From assembly GCF_040938485.1 (NCBI RefSeq), contig NW_027271766.1, positions 806,001-870,000 of the forward strand: DNA of 64,000 nucleotides. Reading direction: 5' to 3'. The position numbers and the translations under genes are program-made. A model generated the notes under the pieces. It made no database searches. It was not told the origin of the DNA and saw only the letters and a list, made by a program, of their open reading frames with translations. This document shows positions 1 to 12,347 of the stretch, piece after piece. This DNA comes from Diadema antillarum. Its lineage: Eukaryota. Each line of letters starts with the position of its first letter. Within the stretch, counting starts at the first letter, position 1.

Positions 1-395
1 AAACCAGTTGATAGATAGATATCAGTCATTTATATTCAGTTTTGACATTCATCAGATATCTAGTACTTCTCATGATACAGACAGACAGACAGACAGTTCC
101 TAACTTTGAATATGCTGATTGCTGGTGTTCAGAAAGTCAGAAACACTGGCCTATCAGGAATCCACTAGATTTCATTGACAAGATGGACACAAGAATGTGT
201 ATATATATGAAAATATGTGTATTACTGAGACGACATGTCATTATTCCTAATTCAAACTCACACTTTGTCACCTTCAAACAACAGAAATAATGTAAATCTT
301 TTTCATATTAAAGTCATGGGCACTATAAAAAAGGGTGTTCATAAACATCCATCCTATTGCTATTTACAAAACATGGGAGAGCATGAAGTACTTAC

Positions 396-3300
396 TTGAC
401 TCCAGTTGTCAGCCAAACCCAAAGCAAGGTGATGAGCAAGTTGATCCCCATGCTGCAGGATGGTGTTTGTGACATGCCCATCACTCAACTCCATGTTTTC
501 TACCCCATCCTCTGAAAAACATAAAGTCAAATAAGACTTGAATTTTCCCTGTTATCATTACATGCAGCCCTGTTTATTCTCTGAAAGCATGGTTTAAACA
601 ATTAATAGTACACAGTCTGAGAGACTACATTTTATGTCATTAATTACCATGAGCCAGACAGATCACTATCTTATAACATGTCTTAAAAATTTTGACACTT
701 ATATCATTATTTTCAGCCACTGTACTGGGCAAACATCAGCTTACTTCAGGAGAAAGTATCCGTACATGTACTAATATTGTAGTAATAAAAGAAGTGGCAA
801 ATTCCACAATCATGACTCTTACACTTTAGACAATTGTAAGCACTGCTAAGAAAATATCTATACTTTTTCATCATTGTAACAATAAATGAAATGCATCTTT
901 ATCCTGGAAACCAAATTTCAAGTACCCAGGTAATAATTCTTATATTTAGTAAGCTTTCAGGTAAGAAGCGTTCATATATTTGAAACAAGATACCCATAGG
1001 TCTAGCGTTCACCAAACATCGCTTTTTGCTTCAGGGCACTCCACCTGAGGCAAACTTTTTGAAAAAATCATGAGATTCCAGGATTCCTGGCACGTTTTCT
1101 CAAAAATCAAAATCAAAACGCAAAAAAATTAATGAAAATGTGCTAATTTAGGATACTTTGGCTCTGTGCTAGGGGACCCCTTTGGGCATTATCATTATTT
1201 GTTCAAACCATGATCCCCCTTCCCCATTGGCGATTCCTACCAAGTTCGATCAAAACCAAGCCCTCAGAATTCAAGAAGATGAATATAAATATGTGAAAAA
1301 GTTAACACACAACAGACAATGCACCAAGCACAACAGATGCTGGACAGTGAATGATTGCAATAGTTCACTTGAGATTCTGCTCAGGTGAGCTAATAACAAT
1401 CATATCATCAAGAATTTCAATGGGATCTCACATATAGCCTTAGTCTGCCCTACAATTTTTCAGGAGTTTCTTACCAAGAGATGTACTACAGCTTACAAGA
1501 GATGAGCAAACATAGAAGCCAGTCTCTCGAACAAAGCGGTTGGTATGGGTCAGTGTTTGAAAGATGAGGTCAAGCAGTTCCTGGTCAATGAATGGCAAGA
1601 ACTGTGAACCACAGCCCTCGATCACAGACTGCAAACATCTATTTAGGAAGCAATCAAGAAAGAATGTGTTTGGATTACCAGTAGCATAAGCACGGCTAGT
1701 ATCGGGTACTATAACAAGCCCTGAAATGTGTATGGATAGAGAATGGGATGGGTGTTTTAAGCATTGACTCTACATCTGTACGTGCTTGAGTTGCATTGAC
1801 ACCATATCTTATACCAATTACCATGCACATGTTGGATGTAAACAGAAAATAAAGTGCCTGGGTACAGTATTATGCATATATAGCTGTTACTTTGAAATAT
1901 GAATTACTACAATAACAACATTTGCCCCAAGAACAGAAAGCAGACTAATGTACCTCCATTAACCTAATGACTGTGACTGATGTGCATAGTGAAAGGAATC
2001 AGCACTTACAGTTGTATAGCATTATAGTTACCCATTATCAATGCTTTTATCTTGGAATCATACATCACATAAACACAATATACTAGTATTGTGCACATTT
2101 GGTACTCACAAGTTAAGAGTTTTGCTACACAAGGGGGGGGGGGTCAACTTGGATCATTCCACATATAATAATTTCATACAGCAAGTCTCAGGGTTGAGGG
2201 TGATGTTTGAAATTATTGATTTAACAGATTAATAAGGCAATAAATCCACATTCTGGGCAGGGTAGCCTCTTCAATGTTCATACTCTTCTCTTACATGGAT
2301 TTGCCAAAATCATTACCAAAGCAATGCATATTTTCTATTTATTCACCCAAGTGTTAATAAATTTGCCAGCAGAGAGTAGAATGTGGCTTAGGATCTTATG
2401 TTTAGTGGTTGAGGGTAACATCCAAACATAACAGTACAATCACCCCCATTTTATAAAGCCTCACAATGTCATTTTAAATGTAGCTGCACCTTCATGAAAT
2501 TTGTTGGCCTTACCTCATCCATGTTTCAAGGTGGTTCCATCCTGCAGTGTCATGGAAAATATGTTCAGCAACACTGCTCCCCGGCTGAAACATCAAAGAG
2601 GATACAAACATATAAAACAGACTTACTTAAAAAGCTAACTTGAGAGTGAAAAACTGAAACGGCATGGTCAACATGCATTATGCTGTTCAAAGTCCTGAAA
2701 GGCAACACCCTGCATCCAGAAATCTTGCATGTAAACAATTGCCTTAACCACAATTTCTATAATTTTTCACATACTGTAAAGCCAGAAATGTTCATATGCA
2801 TTCTAATTTTGCAAATTTCACAGGAGCCAAGATTTGCAAAATTAAAATACATGTTCTTGTCTACACTATATGCATTGACTGCCAATGGCAATTTGTGAAA
2901 ATTGTATCCCATGAAAAAGGCCGTCAGCTCAAATTCACAAAAATTTCATGTTCCAAATATTTCTTGCTTTAAAGTAGATGTACATTCTAATATCTTTTTG
3001 TGATATATTTTTGAGCATTTCTAATTTGAATGCATATGGAAATGAGTAATATTGTAATATTTCACTTCAGCAGGGTCTAGATTAAAAGAAAAAAAAAGAG
3101 GGAGAAGAGAATAATGCTTTAAACATCTCTTTAACTTTAACAGACAAGTATTCTTTGAAGTGTTGTGAAATGAATTGTATGCACTTACTGGGCTGGTCCC
3201 ACTGGCAAGCTTTTCAACCAGATGGTCAACCCGTGTCTGTTCATCTAGCATCGTATCACCCAGGGGTGCTCGTGCAAGGTTTGGTTTCACTCCATTAAAA

Positions 3301-6068
3301 ATGTCTTCCCTACACAACAGGTACACCTCACACCCTTGCCGCCTGCACAGTGCTCCAAGAAGCTCCCCTGTTGAAAGAACACCAAAGGTAGCAATTTTTA
3401 TGTGAATACAGAAATGTCAAACACTTGATGCATGCCAAATCTAGTCTGCCATACAGTAGAGACACAAAATAATCATCATGCTTAATCAATAATACTATGT
3501 GCCAAAGATTACTGCCCAGAAAATTCTGGTTCTCTTGCTGTGCTTTTAGTGTGGAAGATTAACAAGACATAAAACTAGATCAGCTTTCATCTCATTTTTG
3601 CTCTCATAGAATAGTGAATATTACATTACAAACATTGTGAAACAAAGACAGCATAAAAAGAACTTCTGTCTATTGAACTTAACTGAATGAAATTGATAGA
3701 AAATTGCAGACACAACCCCCACCCAAACACACCACCAACAAATATAGAAGCAGCATGAAAAGCATCTCCTTAAAAATGTTCATGACTACAAAATTACTTG
3801 CAACACAGTGCAAGGTTCATTTGACTAGACTCTACAAGATGTAGAATAATAAATTTTATACATTGTATATCACCCGGACTCCAAAACAGCCAAAGCCTTC
3901 AAGAGCCTTCTTCACTAATACAATCTTCCACCCTTAGACGATGTCATGAATATGCCTACGTACTACTTTTCAGCAATGGAAGAAGATCACCACTGCAGCA
4001 GTCCTGGGCCATAGAGAAGTCAAGTATAAGTCCAAAGTGGCAATGGCCACAAAGTCCACACTTCACCTCCTCAGTTCCTTGGACCCCCCTCAGGTAACTA
4101 CCCTCCTCCCTGCCCAACTCAACTCCGACAGGCAATATCAATTAAGTGCCAGCTGCTCTGTGGTGTACCCTACTAACACCTGTCAAGCCTTGGTTGGGAA
4201 GCAACAGAACACCAGATGTCCCTGTCAATACAAAGATGAGACCATCACGCATCTCCTTGGGGAATGCATGCTCTATACCAAGGAGAAGAAGACATACATC
4301 TCACACCTTCCAGAAAGTATACAGAAACTGCTCTCCCGGACACCCTAGACAGGCACGCCACATTCACTGCCAGCCAATAATACTCATTGGAACACGTGAC
4401 TCCAATATTTCTTCTTCTTCGTGTATACTGTCCAACACCCCTTAGTAGGGGCCAACCGGACAGGGGGTGCGCTGGTGTTAAAGTTGCGCAGAGAGAGAAG
4501 TGTGGGGTTTAGTTGCTTTGCTCCTGGATGTATTGTAGGGTTGCTGCTTTAAAAGAGTCCTTGCTTGCGATGTTAGAAACTGTTGATGGGAGTGAGTTCC
4601 AGTCTATGATTGTTCTTGGAATGAACGAGTATTTATAACAGTTTTTGTTCGTGGCGATTGGGATGAAGCTTAAAGTGGATGATTTCCGGAGAACCCTTCG
4701 GACCGGACGCAGGGCTTTTCGAACTGGGATGGATAGGCGACCCGCAAGCGCTTCGCGGAATGTGGTGATGCGGCCTACTCTGAGTCAATGTTTCAGCAGC
4801 TCCCAGCCCAGCTCACGCTTCATTTTAGTAACACTACTGTGTCTAGAGTAATCACCTCTAACAAAACGCGCTGCTCTGCTCTGCACTGCTTCCTATTCCA
4901 GTCTGTCTACCAGAGTCTGAGTGTGGGGGTCCCAGACTGTAGAACAATAATCTAGTAATGGTCCAACAAGAGTAATGGTCTAATACTAACAAGACACTTA
5001 TATTCTTCCCTGGAAGAATCTGCGTATCTCCACCTCAGTTCCTTTCGCTTCCTTGCTGACCTTGTGATATGCATGTGATTTGTTCGTCTATGATGTGATG
5101 TTGTATACCTCTTCATACCTGCTGCACGATCAAACCCATGTCTTCCTTATCTTTTGATTTTTCTGCTCTTTCCTTTTTTTACTCTGTTGGCCGTTCTTTT
5201 CTGTTGTCTCTGGCTCGACTCCTGACCACATTAATACATGACGATAAGTGTATCACTAAAAATTCCTTTCTGCGAATCAAACACAGTTCTCCAGGACTGT
5301 GGAGGAAGTCAACAAAAGAAGTAGGGCCTAGCCTAACTATACACAGCCCAGTCGCTGTACATGGTACATGTACGTCGCGACAGGCTGTTTTCACATAGCG
5401 TAACAGCGTCTGGTCGGGCTAGGCCTAGCCCGACCAGACGCTGTGCGATTTTAATAGATCTACATGTATCTAACGTTAGAGGGTCTACATCAGGCTACAG
5501 CAACTGCATGGGCTGTGGGATGTAGATCTAGGCTAGAGCTAGTTATTACAAACATGACAAAAGAAGAAGATTATGAAGAATAGAGCCAAGCTCTCATTAG
5601 ACCAAGGGTCTAATTAAGACTCTAGTAAGTCTATACATTGCGGCAAGGCATGACTTTTAACTTATTATTTATTAATTCAACTTTCGTTCAAAACATTTTT
5701 CAAAAAATTCAAGCAAACAATTGAATTGAATAAGCATGATAAGTTTAGAATTTAAATTTACCAGCAGCAAGTCGAACCCGCGCCTCTGTGTCATTCAAAA
5801 GCTGCAAACAACAGCCTTTTATTTCTTGAAGAAAATCATCACTTGCACCATCCAGTCCCGTCAAAACTTTTGCTCCCATGAGAGCACCATGTTTAGCTTC
5901 CCATGTCGATTGTTGGTTATGCAACACTGACATGAGAGGCACCTCAATTTCGGCCAGCTCCGAATTAGGTTGCTGTTGATCGAGGTTCTGCTGGAGAGCT
6001 GCTAAACCTTTATCTCGTTCAAGTTTCTTTGCGCTCAAAAGCAGCTCCAAGACACACTTGAGCTCCAT
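396..6068 (-). CDS. Uncharacterised HEAT/ARM-repeat protein, exons 1-5 (3' part lies beyond the left edge)
   Basis: Phase-consistent GT-AG exons: 6068-5762 (MELKCVLELL...ARVRLAA), 3367-3189 (GELLGALCRRQG...GTSP), 2584-2514 (PGSSVAEHIFHDTAGWNHLETWM), 1638-1475 (RCLQSVIEGCG...NRFVRETGFYVC...), 511-396 (...LALGLADNWSQ). The repeated L-x-D-x-x-x-x-VR pattern (LLNDTEARVR, LTHTNRFVRE, LADNWSQ) is typical of HEAT repeat ends. Confidence 0.9.
2772..2976. mobile_element. TA-flanked MITE (Tc1/mariner-like), same family as 26282-26448
   Basis: Starts TACTGTAAAGCCAGAAAT and ends ATTTCTTGCTTTAAAGTA; the internal sequence aligns by eye with 26282-26448. Confidence 0.6.
3860..4400 (+). mobile_element. Decayed non-LTR retrotransposon ORF2 C-terminus with CCHC zinc knuckle
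   Basis: Frameshifted translation LLH*YNLPPLDDVM..QQWKKITTAAV..KSTLHLL..RCPCQYKDETITHLLGECMLY resembles the C-terminal C-x-C..ET..H....C region of invertebrate LINEs. Boundaries are approximate. Confidence 0.6.
4409..5020 (-). mobile_element. 5'-truncated LINE (CR1/L2-group-like), copy 1
   Basis: Minus-strand RT C-terminal motifs SSVTKMKRELGWELL and YKYSFIPRTIIDWNSLP, with a (GAA)n tail at 4409-4420. Near-identical to 6937-7727. Confidence 0.85.
5403..5444. repeat. Perfect 42-bp palindrome without spacer
   Basis: ACAGCGTCTGGTCGGGCTAGG|CCTAGCCCGACCAGACGCTGT; all 21 pairs checked. Confidence 0.95.
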
Positions 6069-6069
6069 G

Positions 6070-6554
6070 ATTTACGGAGGATTTTTTCCACTACAAATGC
6101 TTAGTCATTTAATAGCGACTAAAGAAGCAATCATGCCATAGGCAGAGCGAGCGACGACAATAATGCACATGTACGATCGACGTACCGACTTGTACAGTAC
6201 GTACAGTAGGTAAACCACACTGCACTGGGAATGACTAGCAGTCGTGCGCCAAACAATGTAGACGTAGCTCCGTGTGTAAATGAATGGCCGTACGTCGGCG
6301 TCGTACGTCGTCGCAGTCGGTCCACAGAACTCTAGTCGCTCTCATACAGCGCGATGCGCCTGCGAGTTGTGCCGTTTCATGATAAGGCAATATTCACTAA
6401 ACAGTCCATAGACGTGTATTTCATACACGCAAAGCCGAATCATTGTTGTGTCGCAACCAACTGTGTAGTATAGTGACGTACGGTACGAGTACGTTTGAGT
6501 CGAATGGCCCTCATCAGCTAAAGTTTCCATGTGATGTGACATTGAAGATTCCAG
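6070..6554. promoter_or_regulatory. CpG-rich promoter region of the HEAT gene, possibly bidirectional with B4GAT1-like
   Basis: Local CpG enrichment immediately upstream of the ATG at 6068, an NRF1-like GCGCGATGCGCCTGCG near 6349-6364, and a plus-strand donor CAG|GTATGA at 6554/6555. Confidence 0.5.
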
Positions 6555-6936
6555 GTATGAAATCATGTTTCGCTATAAAGACTAGCGACCGTTCTTATAA
6601 CCACTGCACTGACACTGGTCTGAGCAAGAAATTGGTCTCACTCATGGTATGGAGCACAAAATAAAATTCGATTTAGAATTCTAAATGCAATGTGTAGGCC
6701 TATATTGTGTGTGTGTGTGTATGTGTGTGTGCGAATATGACCTGAATGCATTTGCATCATCGCACACAATTAATGATATAGGATAGCTAACGTTAGCATA
6801 TTTACATGTAGATTTGTTTTTCATAAAATATAAACATTATATTCATCTTATAATAACGGCATAGGGCTGTCCAGTTATTCATCTTATATTAAATAAGCAG
6901 GGTTAGATATGAAAAAAATCACAATCAAAGTTATGA

Positions 6937-7727
6937 TTCTTCTTCTTCTTCTTCGTATGTACTGTGTCTACTGAATACTGTCTAGAGACCTATAATAAAC
7001 ACCCCTTTAATTAGTAGGGACCAACTGGACAGGGGGTGCGCTGGTATTAAATTGTGCGGAGAGAGAAGTGTTGGGTCTAGTTGCTTTGCTCCTGGATGTA
7101 TTGTAGGGTTGCTGCTTTAAAAGAGTCCTTGTTTGTGATGTTAGAAACTGTTGTGTTGATGAGAGTGAGTTCCAGTCTATGATTGTTCTTGGAATGAACG
7201 AGTATTTATAACAGTTTTTGTTCGTGGCGATTGGGATGAAGCTTGTAATTGTCCTGTAGTGGATGAATTCTGGAGAACCCTTCGGACGGGACGCAGGGCT
7301 TTTCGAACTGGGATGGATAGGCGTGGGATGGATAGGCGACCCGCAAGCACTTCGCGGAATGTGGTAATGCGGCCTACTCTGCGTCAATGTTTCAGCAGCT
7401 CCCAGCCTAGACAGAAAGATCCGTCTGTCCGGAGGACTCTTTTATATTTTGCCATTAACACTGTCCCCCGTAGACAAACGGAGGGGATCCGTGAAGCCAG
7501 ACGCAGTCTCCGCGGAACATTCCCCGACGGACAGATACAGACCGATCTTTCGGTCAACTCCCAGCCCAGCTCACGCTTCATTTTTGTAACACTACTGTGT
7601 CTAGAGTGATCCCCTCTAACAAAACGCACTGCTCTGTTCTGCACTGCTTCCAGTCTGTCTACCAGAGTCTGAGTGTGGGGGTCCCAGAGACTGTTGAACA
7701 GTAATCTAGTAATGGTCTAACAAGAGT
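6937..7727 (-). mobile_element. 5'-truncated LINE, copy 2, interrupted by a MITE
   Basis: Same RT motifs as 4409-5020 (MQNRAVRFVRGDHSRHSSVTKMKRELGWEL; YKYSFIPRTIIDWNSL) and a (GAA)n tail at 6937-6954. Confidence 0.85.
7408..7557. mobile_element. 150-bp MITE with 21-bp TIRs and 9-bp TSD (Mutator-like by TSD length)
   Basis: TIRs TAGACAGAAAGATCCGTCTGT versus the reverse complement of the right end TTGACCGAAAGATCGGTCTGT (18/21). TSD CTCCCAGCC at 7399-7407 and 7558-7566. The empty site is seen in the LINE copy near 4800. Confidence 0.9.
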
Positions 7728-7841
7728 CTTATAATTGTGGTATCTTTAATTCTATTGTTACAATCATGCAGATTTCGCCTTAAAAATCCTACAACTTCTA
7801 CTGAATCTACTGAATCAAATGTTGAACTTTTCTTATTTTAA

Positions 7842-8228
7842 AGGGTGTGGCGTTACAGTTTTGGTCGAGGTGAGGATTTAGCTTTTAACATTTTGCGAGA
7901 TATTCAGAAATCACTCTATGAGATGTCAAAGAGCATGCAATTCTTAGGGGTATCAAAAGTTTATTTGATGAAAACCGGTTTTGGAGTGGCCGAGATATCC
8001 AAAAACAAGGTGAAACAAAGAGATCCTAATAAAGTTGTGGCCTGTCGCCTTTTATTATTATCACTTTTTTGGATATCTCAGCCATTTGAAAACCAATTTT
8101 CATCAAATAAACGTTGAATCCTTCTTAAAATCACATGCTCTTTCATATTTTATAATAGGTTTCTCATTATCTCACTTAGGAATGTAAAAAACATGAACCC
8201 CCACCTCAACCAGTACTGTACAGCCCCT
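7842..8228. mobile_element. TTAA-flanked MITE with AGG termini (Kolobok-like)
   Basis: TTAA|AGGG...CCCT|TTAA with imperfect ~30-bp TIRs; homologous to 18714-19088 and 31830-32216. Confidence 0.75.
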
Positions 8229-8296
8229 TTAACGTTAGTGCAAATACTTCATTGTATACCTCATCAGAATCTGAATTCATGTCAAATAATAACAGA

Positions 8297-8690
8297 GTAT
8301 GGTTGGGTGTTCATAATACCGGCCACCTAACGTTTTTCTATCAATAGAAACGTGAAAAATCTCACAATTTGCCTGAGATTTTACTCACGTGTGGAGAAAA
8401 TACTCCGGATTCACAAGCGCGCACTGAAAATGCAATCTGAGGTACGCGCTTTTAGATGGCGGCTTCGAACGCGTGGGGTGTCATTTTTTCCGCACCCAGT
8501 TGCCCTGCTCATTTCAACCGACCACCCTGACAATACGTATATTGAAGGGCACTTAAATGCGTTTTTTCGACAGGCCGCTGTTTTTTTTCTAGCCGTCATT
8601 TTTCCCCCAATAATATTTGAATATATTTTGAATCCTTCGATATTACTTTTGAAGGACTGTTTGATGAATTTGAATTGATTTTCATCAAAC
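8297..8690. mobile_element. One-ended partial copy of the GTATGG-TIR element at 19691-20545
   Basis: About 390 bp nearly identical to the reverse complement of 20162-20545, starting exactly at the GTATGGTTGGGTGTTCA terminus. Confidence 0.8.
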
Positions 8691-9109
8691 ATTTGATCGA
8701 ACTGGCCTAATGACATGTGTGTATAAATAACTCGTAACATCTTGTGAGACTTTCACTGCGTCATTTTCATTAAATACGCACTTACACGCACTTACAATAC
8801 GCGTCCGGTCCCACAACACTTGGTGATATACCAGCTTGTCAATTTTAATTTACCTTTCCCCCTCTTGGTTCCTATCCAAGTTTTGTTAAATGTGATATGG
8901 GGAGTTTACTGCATTAATAACACAAAGGAAACTACTGCAGTTATTATTATTGGTGTTTGATATATTTTTTGGAGGTTGTTGTTGTAATGAAGGTGATTCT
9001 TCTCTGGTTAATGTTTGGCTGTTTTCTTCTTCTTCTTCTTCTTCTTCTTTCCAGATCGGCTCGTTTCTCTGAAGAATGATGATTCTGAAGTACTACAGTT
9101 ACAGTCAAC

Positions 9110-12100
9110 ATGCGTTGCACACTGATGCAGTACACCATCTGTGCTCTGGTGGTAATACTGGTCTTCCTCCAACTCATTCATCTCACAATGATCTCATGGC
9201 TGGACAACAGAACTCAAAATGGGCTTCAGAGTGGGGCAAGAGATTTTTCTCCAAAGAAGAGTGCAAACAGCAGCCACAGTCATCAATACAGGACCAAGCA
9301 CAGATACATCAACTTGCCGGCACCAAAACTTAACACATATGGCTCGTATCAGATTTTCTACGACCTATCCAGAGTTTATAGTAAAGTCAGGCCTCTGAAC
9401 AGGAGAGATGTAACATTAATTACTCACTGCTCTATGAATAATATGCTTCACCTGCCAGAATTAGTTGATAGATGGAAAGGCCCAGTGTCAGTAGCTGTTT
9501 TTGGCAGCCTTCCTGACATACCCACAATAATCAGCTATATCTTTTCACTCCAAGAGTGCTATTTAGGAATCCGTAGAAATGTGACTTTCCACCTCGTGCA
9601 CCCTCTGAGCTCCTTTTCAAAAGAAGCTGAAGTATATGGTGCAAAGACAAATAAGCGCTCCATTTCAGTACCCATGGTACATTGTGATAAACTCATTGAC
9701 AGCATCAGGTCTTCGAGTGAGAATGTGAGAAATTATGCACAGAACGGGGTTTCGTATCCAACGAACTTACTAAGAAATGTGGGCAGGACGCACGCCCTCA
9801 CTGATTATCACTTTGTGTTGGATGTCGACATGCTTCCCAGCTGTGGTCTCCGAGAGAACTTCCTTCAGTTTGTCCAGGGGTCATCCTCACTCTGGCTGGA
9901 TCAGGACATGGTGCAGCAGATGGTGTTTGTGCTGCCAGCATTTGAGGTTGACGTCAGAGCAGTTCACAGGCTGCCTTGCAACAAGAGAGAACTGATGGTG
10001 GAGTTTGGAAAGGACACAGCCAGACAATTTTATGTGAAGCAGTGTCCCTACTGTCAGAACCATACTGATTATTTGCGCTGGACAAGTCTTCAGGTGAGTA
10101 ACAATTTGTAAATTCAGACTGTACCATTTTTGTCCAAATCCATCTATCATTCCCATGTTCCAATTTGATGAATAAAAACATTTTGATTATTTTTGCAAGA
10201 AGTGCTGTTTTAAAAACAAGAAATGTTTATGCATACAATGTACAGTATGTATTAAAATATTATACCAGTATTTAATTTGCTTAGGGTTAACCATGGAGCT
10301 ATTAGTAGCTCCATGGGTTAACTACCCCTGGGGAGAAAGTTGAGTATAGAATATTGCAGCAAATGCAAACAACTTAGGTGAATCATTGAAAAAATATGTG
10401 TATTTTAAGATGATGCATCATATACAGTACAACTATTCTCAGAACCAAGATCCCCAATGCCTGCTGGAAGCTAAAAAGAAGTTCCCCCAATTACTCTACT
10501 AGGCAAATATGTTTACATCAGTCACCAATTACCTATAAATTCTACCTGTCTGTAATGTGTATGCAGTAGTCATTTTCAAATCTGAAAGATGTGTGATGCT
10601 TTATTTTGATTCAGTTGTTTAAGAATAAGTTTGAATAATCAGTCATTTTGATATTTTAGAAAAATTAAATTGGTTTTATTATGCCATGTAGTCATCCCTG
10701 GTTTAATAATTTACCTCTGTATTTGTGATGTTACTGATGATTTCATGTCAATTCTTACACAATGTTATTCCAAAATTACTGAGAAGAGAATGAAATGAGC
10801 ATGGAAACCACAGCAGATGATGGTGATTCTATTGCAGGCAATATACAATATTAACAGCTTTTAAAATACGTGTACATGGCCAACATTTCAGTGTATTATA
10901 TCCCCCATTCCTTACCCCGTAGAGCTTCACTGGACAGCTTGGTGTGGCTTACACAGTGGAATGGAAACCCCTATGGGAACCTTTCTACATCAGCCGGAGT
11001 GATGTTCCTCTTTATGATGAACGCTTCAGACAATATGGCTACAACAGAATCAGTCAGGTGACAATCCCAGCAATTGTGCATTGATGGAGCTGGCCTGTGT
11101 AAAGACAGTCAGTTTAGTTTCCCTTCCCCCTCACACCAGTACATGTACAATGTACATGTATGTAGTGGCTAGTGACAATCCTAACAAAACACAAAAACAA
11201 AAACAACAACAAAATTGCTTTTCTACCTCAAAGTTGTAATGTAAATATTTGAATTTGTCAGTTCAACCTTTTGTCCTTTGTAGCAGGCAATATAATATAC
11301 ATGGAAAGCTAATGACCACGACACAAATTAGTATAATGTTCGCTTCATGTGTCATCTTTGAGCTTCAATGAGGCATACCGGTAGTTGTGTCTACTCCATG
11401 CTGTCATAATGTGCTGCAAAGTAGAATGTGTATACAGTATTTGCATTTAAAGACTTGAAGAGTTTGATATCCCCCCAAAATGGTAAGTATGCAATGACTT
11501 TTGCATGTTAAAAATTTTTGTCCTTTGACAAACAAAAGATTTGCATAACAAAATATCAGCTCAGTGAGTGATGACATCATTTGCTGCTCCTTCATTTTAA
11601 GTCCTACTGGAAAGTTTAAAACCTACACGTTTGTACATGGTCTATCAGGCATTGGGGCATCACCAGGATTCTCCTCAGCAGGTATGTTATCACAAGTATG
11701 TGTTACATTTTGCACAAATTGCCATTAAAGGTTCTTTTTCCCCAAAACATTAGGTTAACGACTGCAACCATTCCATTAACTGTGATTTCTTATTAAGATT
11801 GCTTCGTTACTGTATATGTGAAAGTTATATTGTGCTTCTGTAATCTCCCTGCCACTACCAGTGTAGGTACAGGAAGCATTTTTGAAATTCACTTCAGTTT
11901 ATGAGATATAAAGAGAAATTGATCATGCAAGTGTTTTATGTGAAATGAATGGAATGACTCCATTTATGTAAGGATAATTTCTCTGCTATCGTCACAGGTC
12001 TGCGAGCTAAATGTGGCAGGGTACAACTTTGCGGTCTTGGATCGAGCATTTGTCATTCACAAGGGCTTCAAGGAGAAGACAGAGTTCCATCAACAAAAAG

Positions 12101-12192
12101 ACACAGAAAACAGAGACAATCGACACCTCTTTCTCCAATTTCATGCGGAGCTGGAGACAAAGTATCCAGAGAGTAAGCGACACTGTCTCTAA
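9110..12192 (+). CDS. B4GAT1: Beta-1,4-glucuronyltransferase 1-like (GT49), 437 aa, 3 coding exons
   Basis: Exons 9110-10093, 10923-11057 and 11998-12192, all phase 0. N-terminal type II transmembrane segment, [11 protein letters not shown], DxD motif (FVLDVDMLP), [23 protein letters not shown]|VCELNVAG. True orthologue versus invertebrate paralogue cannot be resolved. Confidence 0.9.
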
Positions 12193-12347
12193 ATGATCGG
12201 AATATTTCGATCAGGCACATATTGCACTTGGGTGTAGCCTTGTAAAGTTCTCAGAATTTCATGCATTTGTCAGTGTATTTCTTCAGAAACAATATGTTGT
12301 GTAATTCAATATCAGGGTTTTGGTAGAATATCTGAATAAAATTAGAA

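Noticed and set aside
8352-8740. Overlapping 108/109-aa ORFs that recur at 20183-20490
   Set aside because: They lie within a dispersed repeat, the frames differ between copies, and there are no recognisable motifs.
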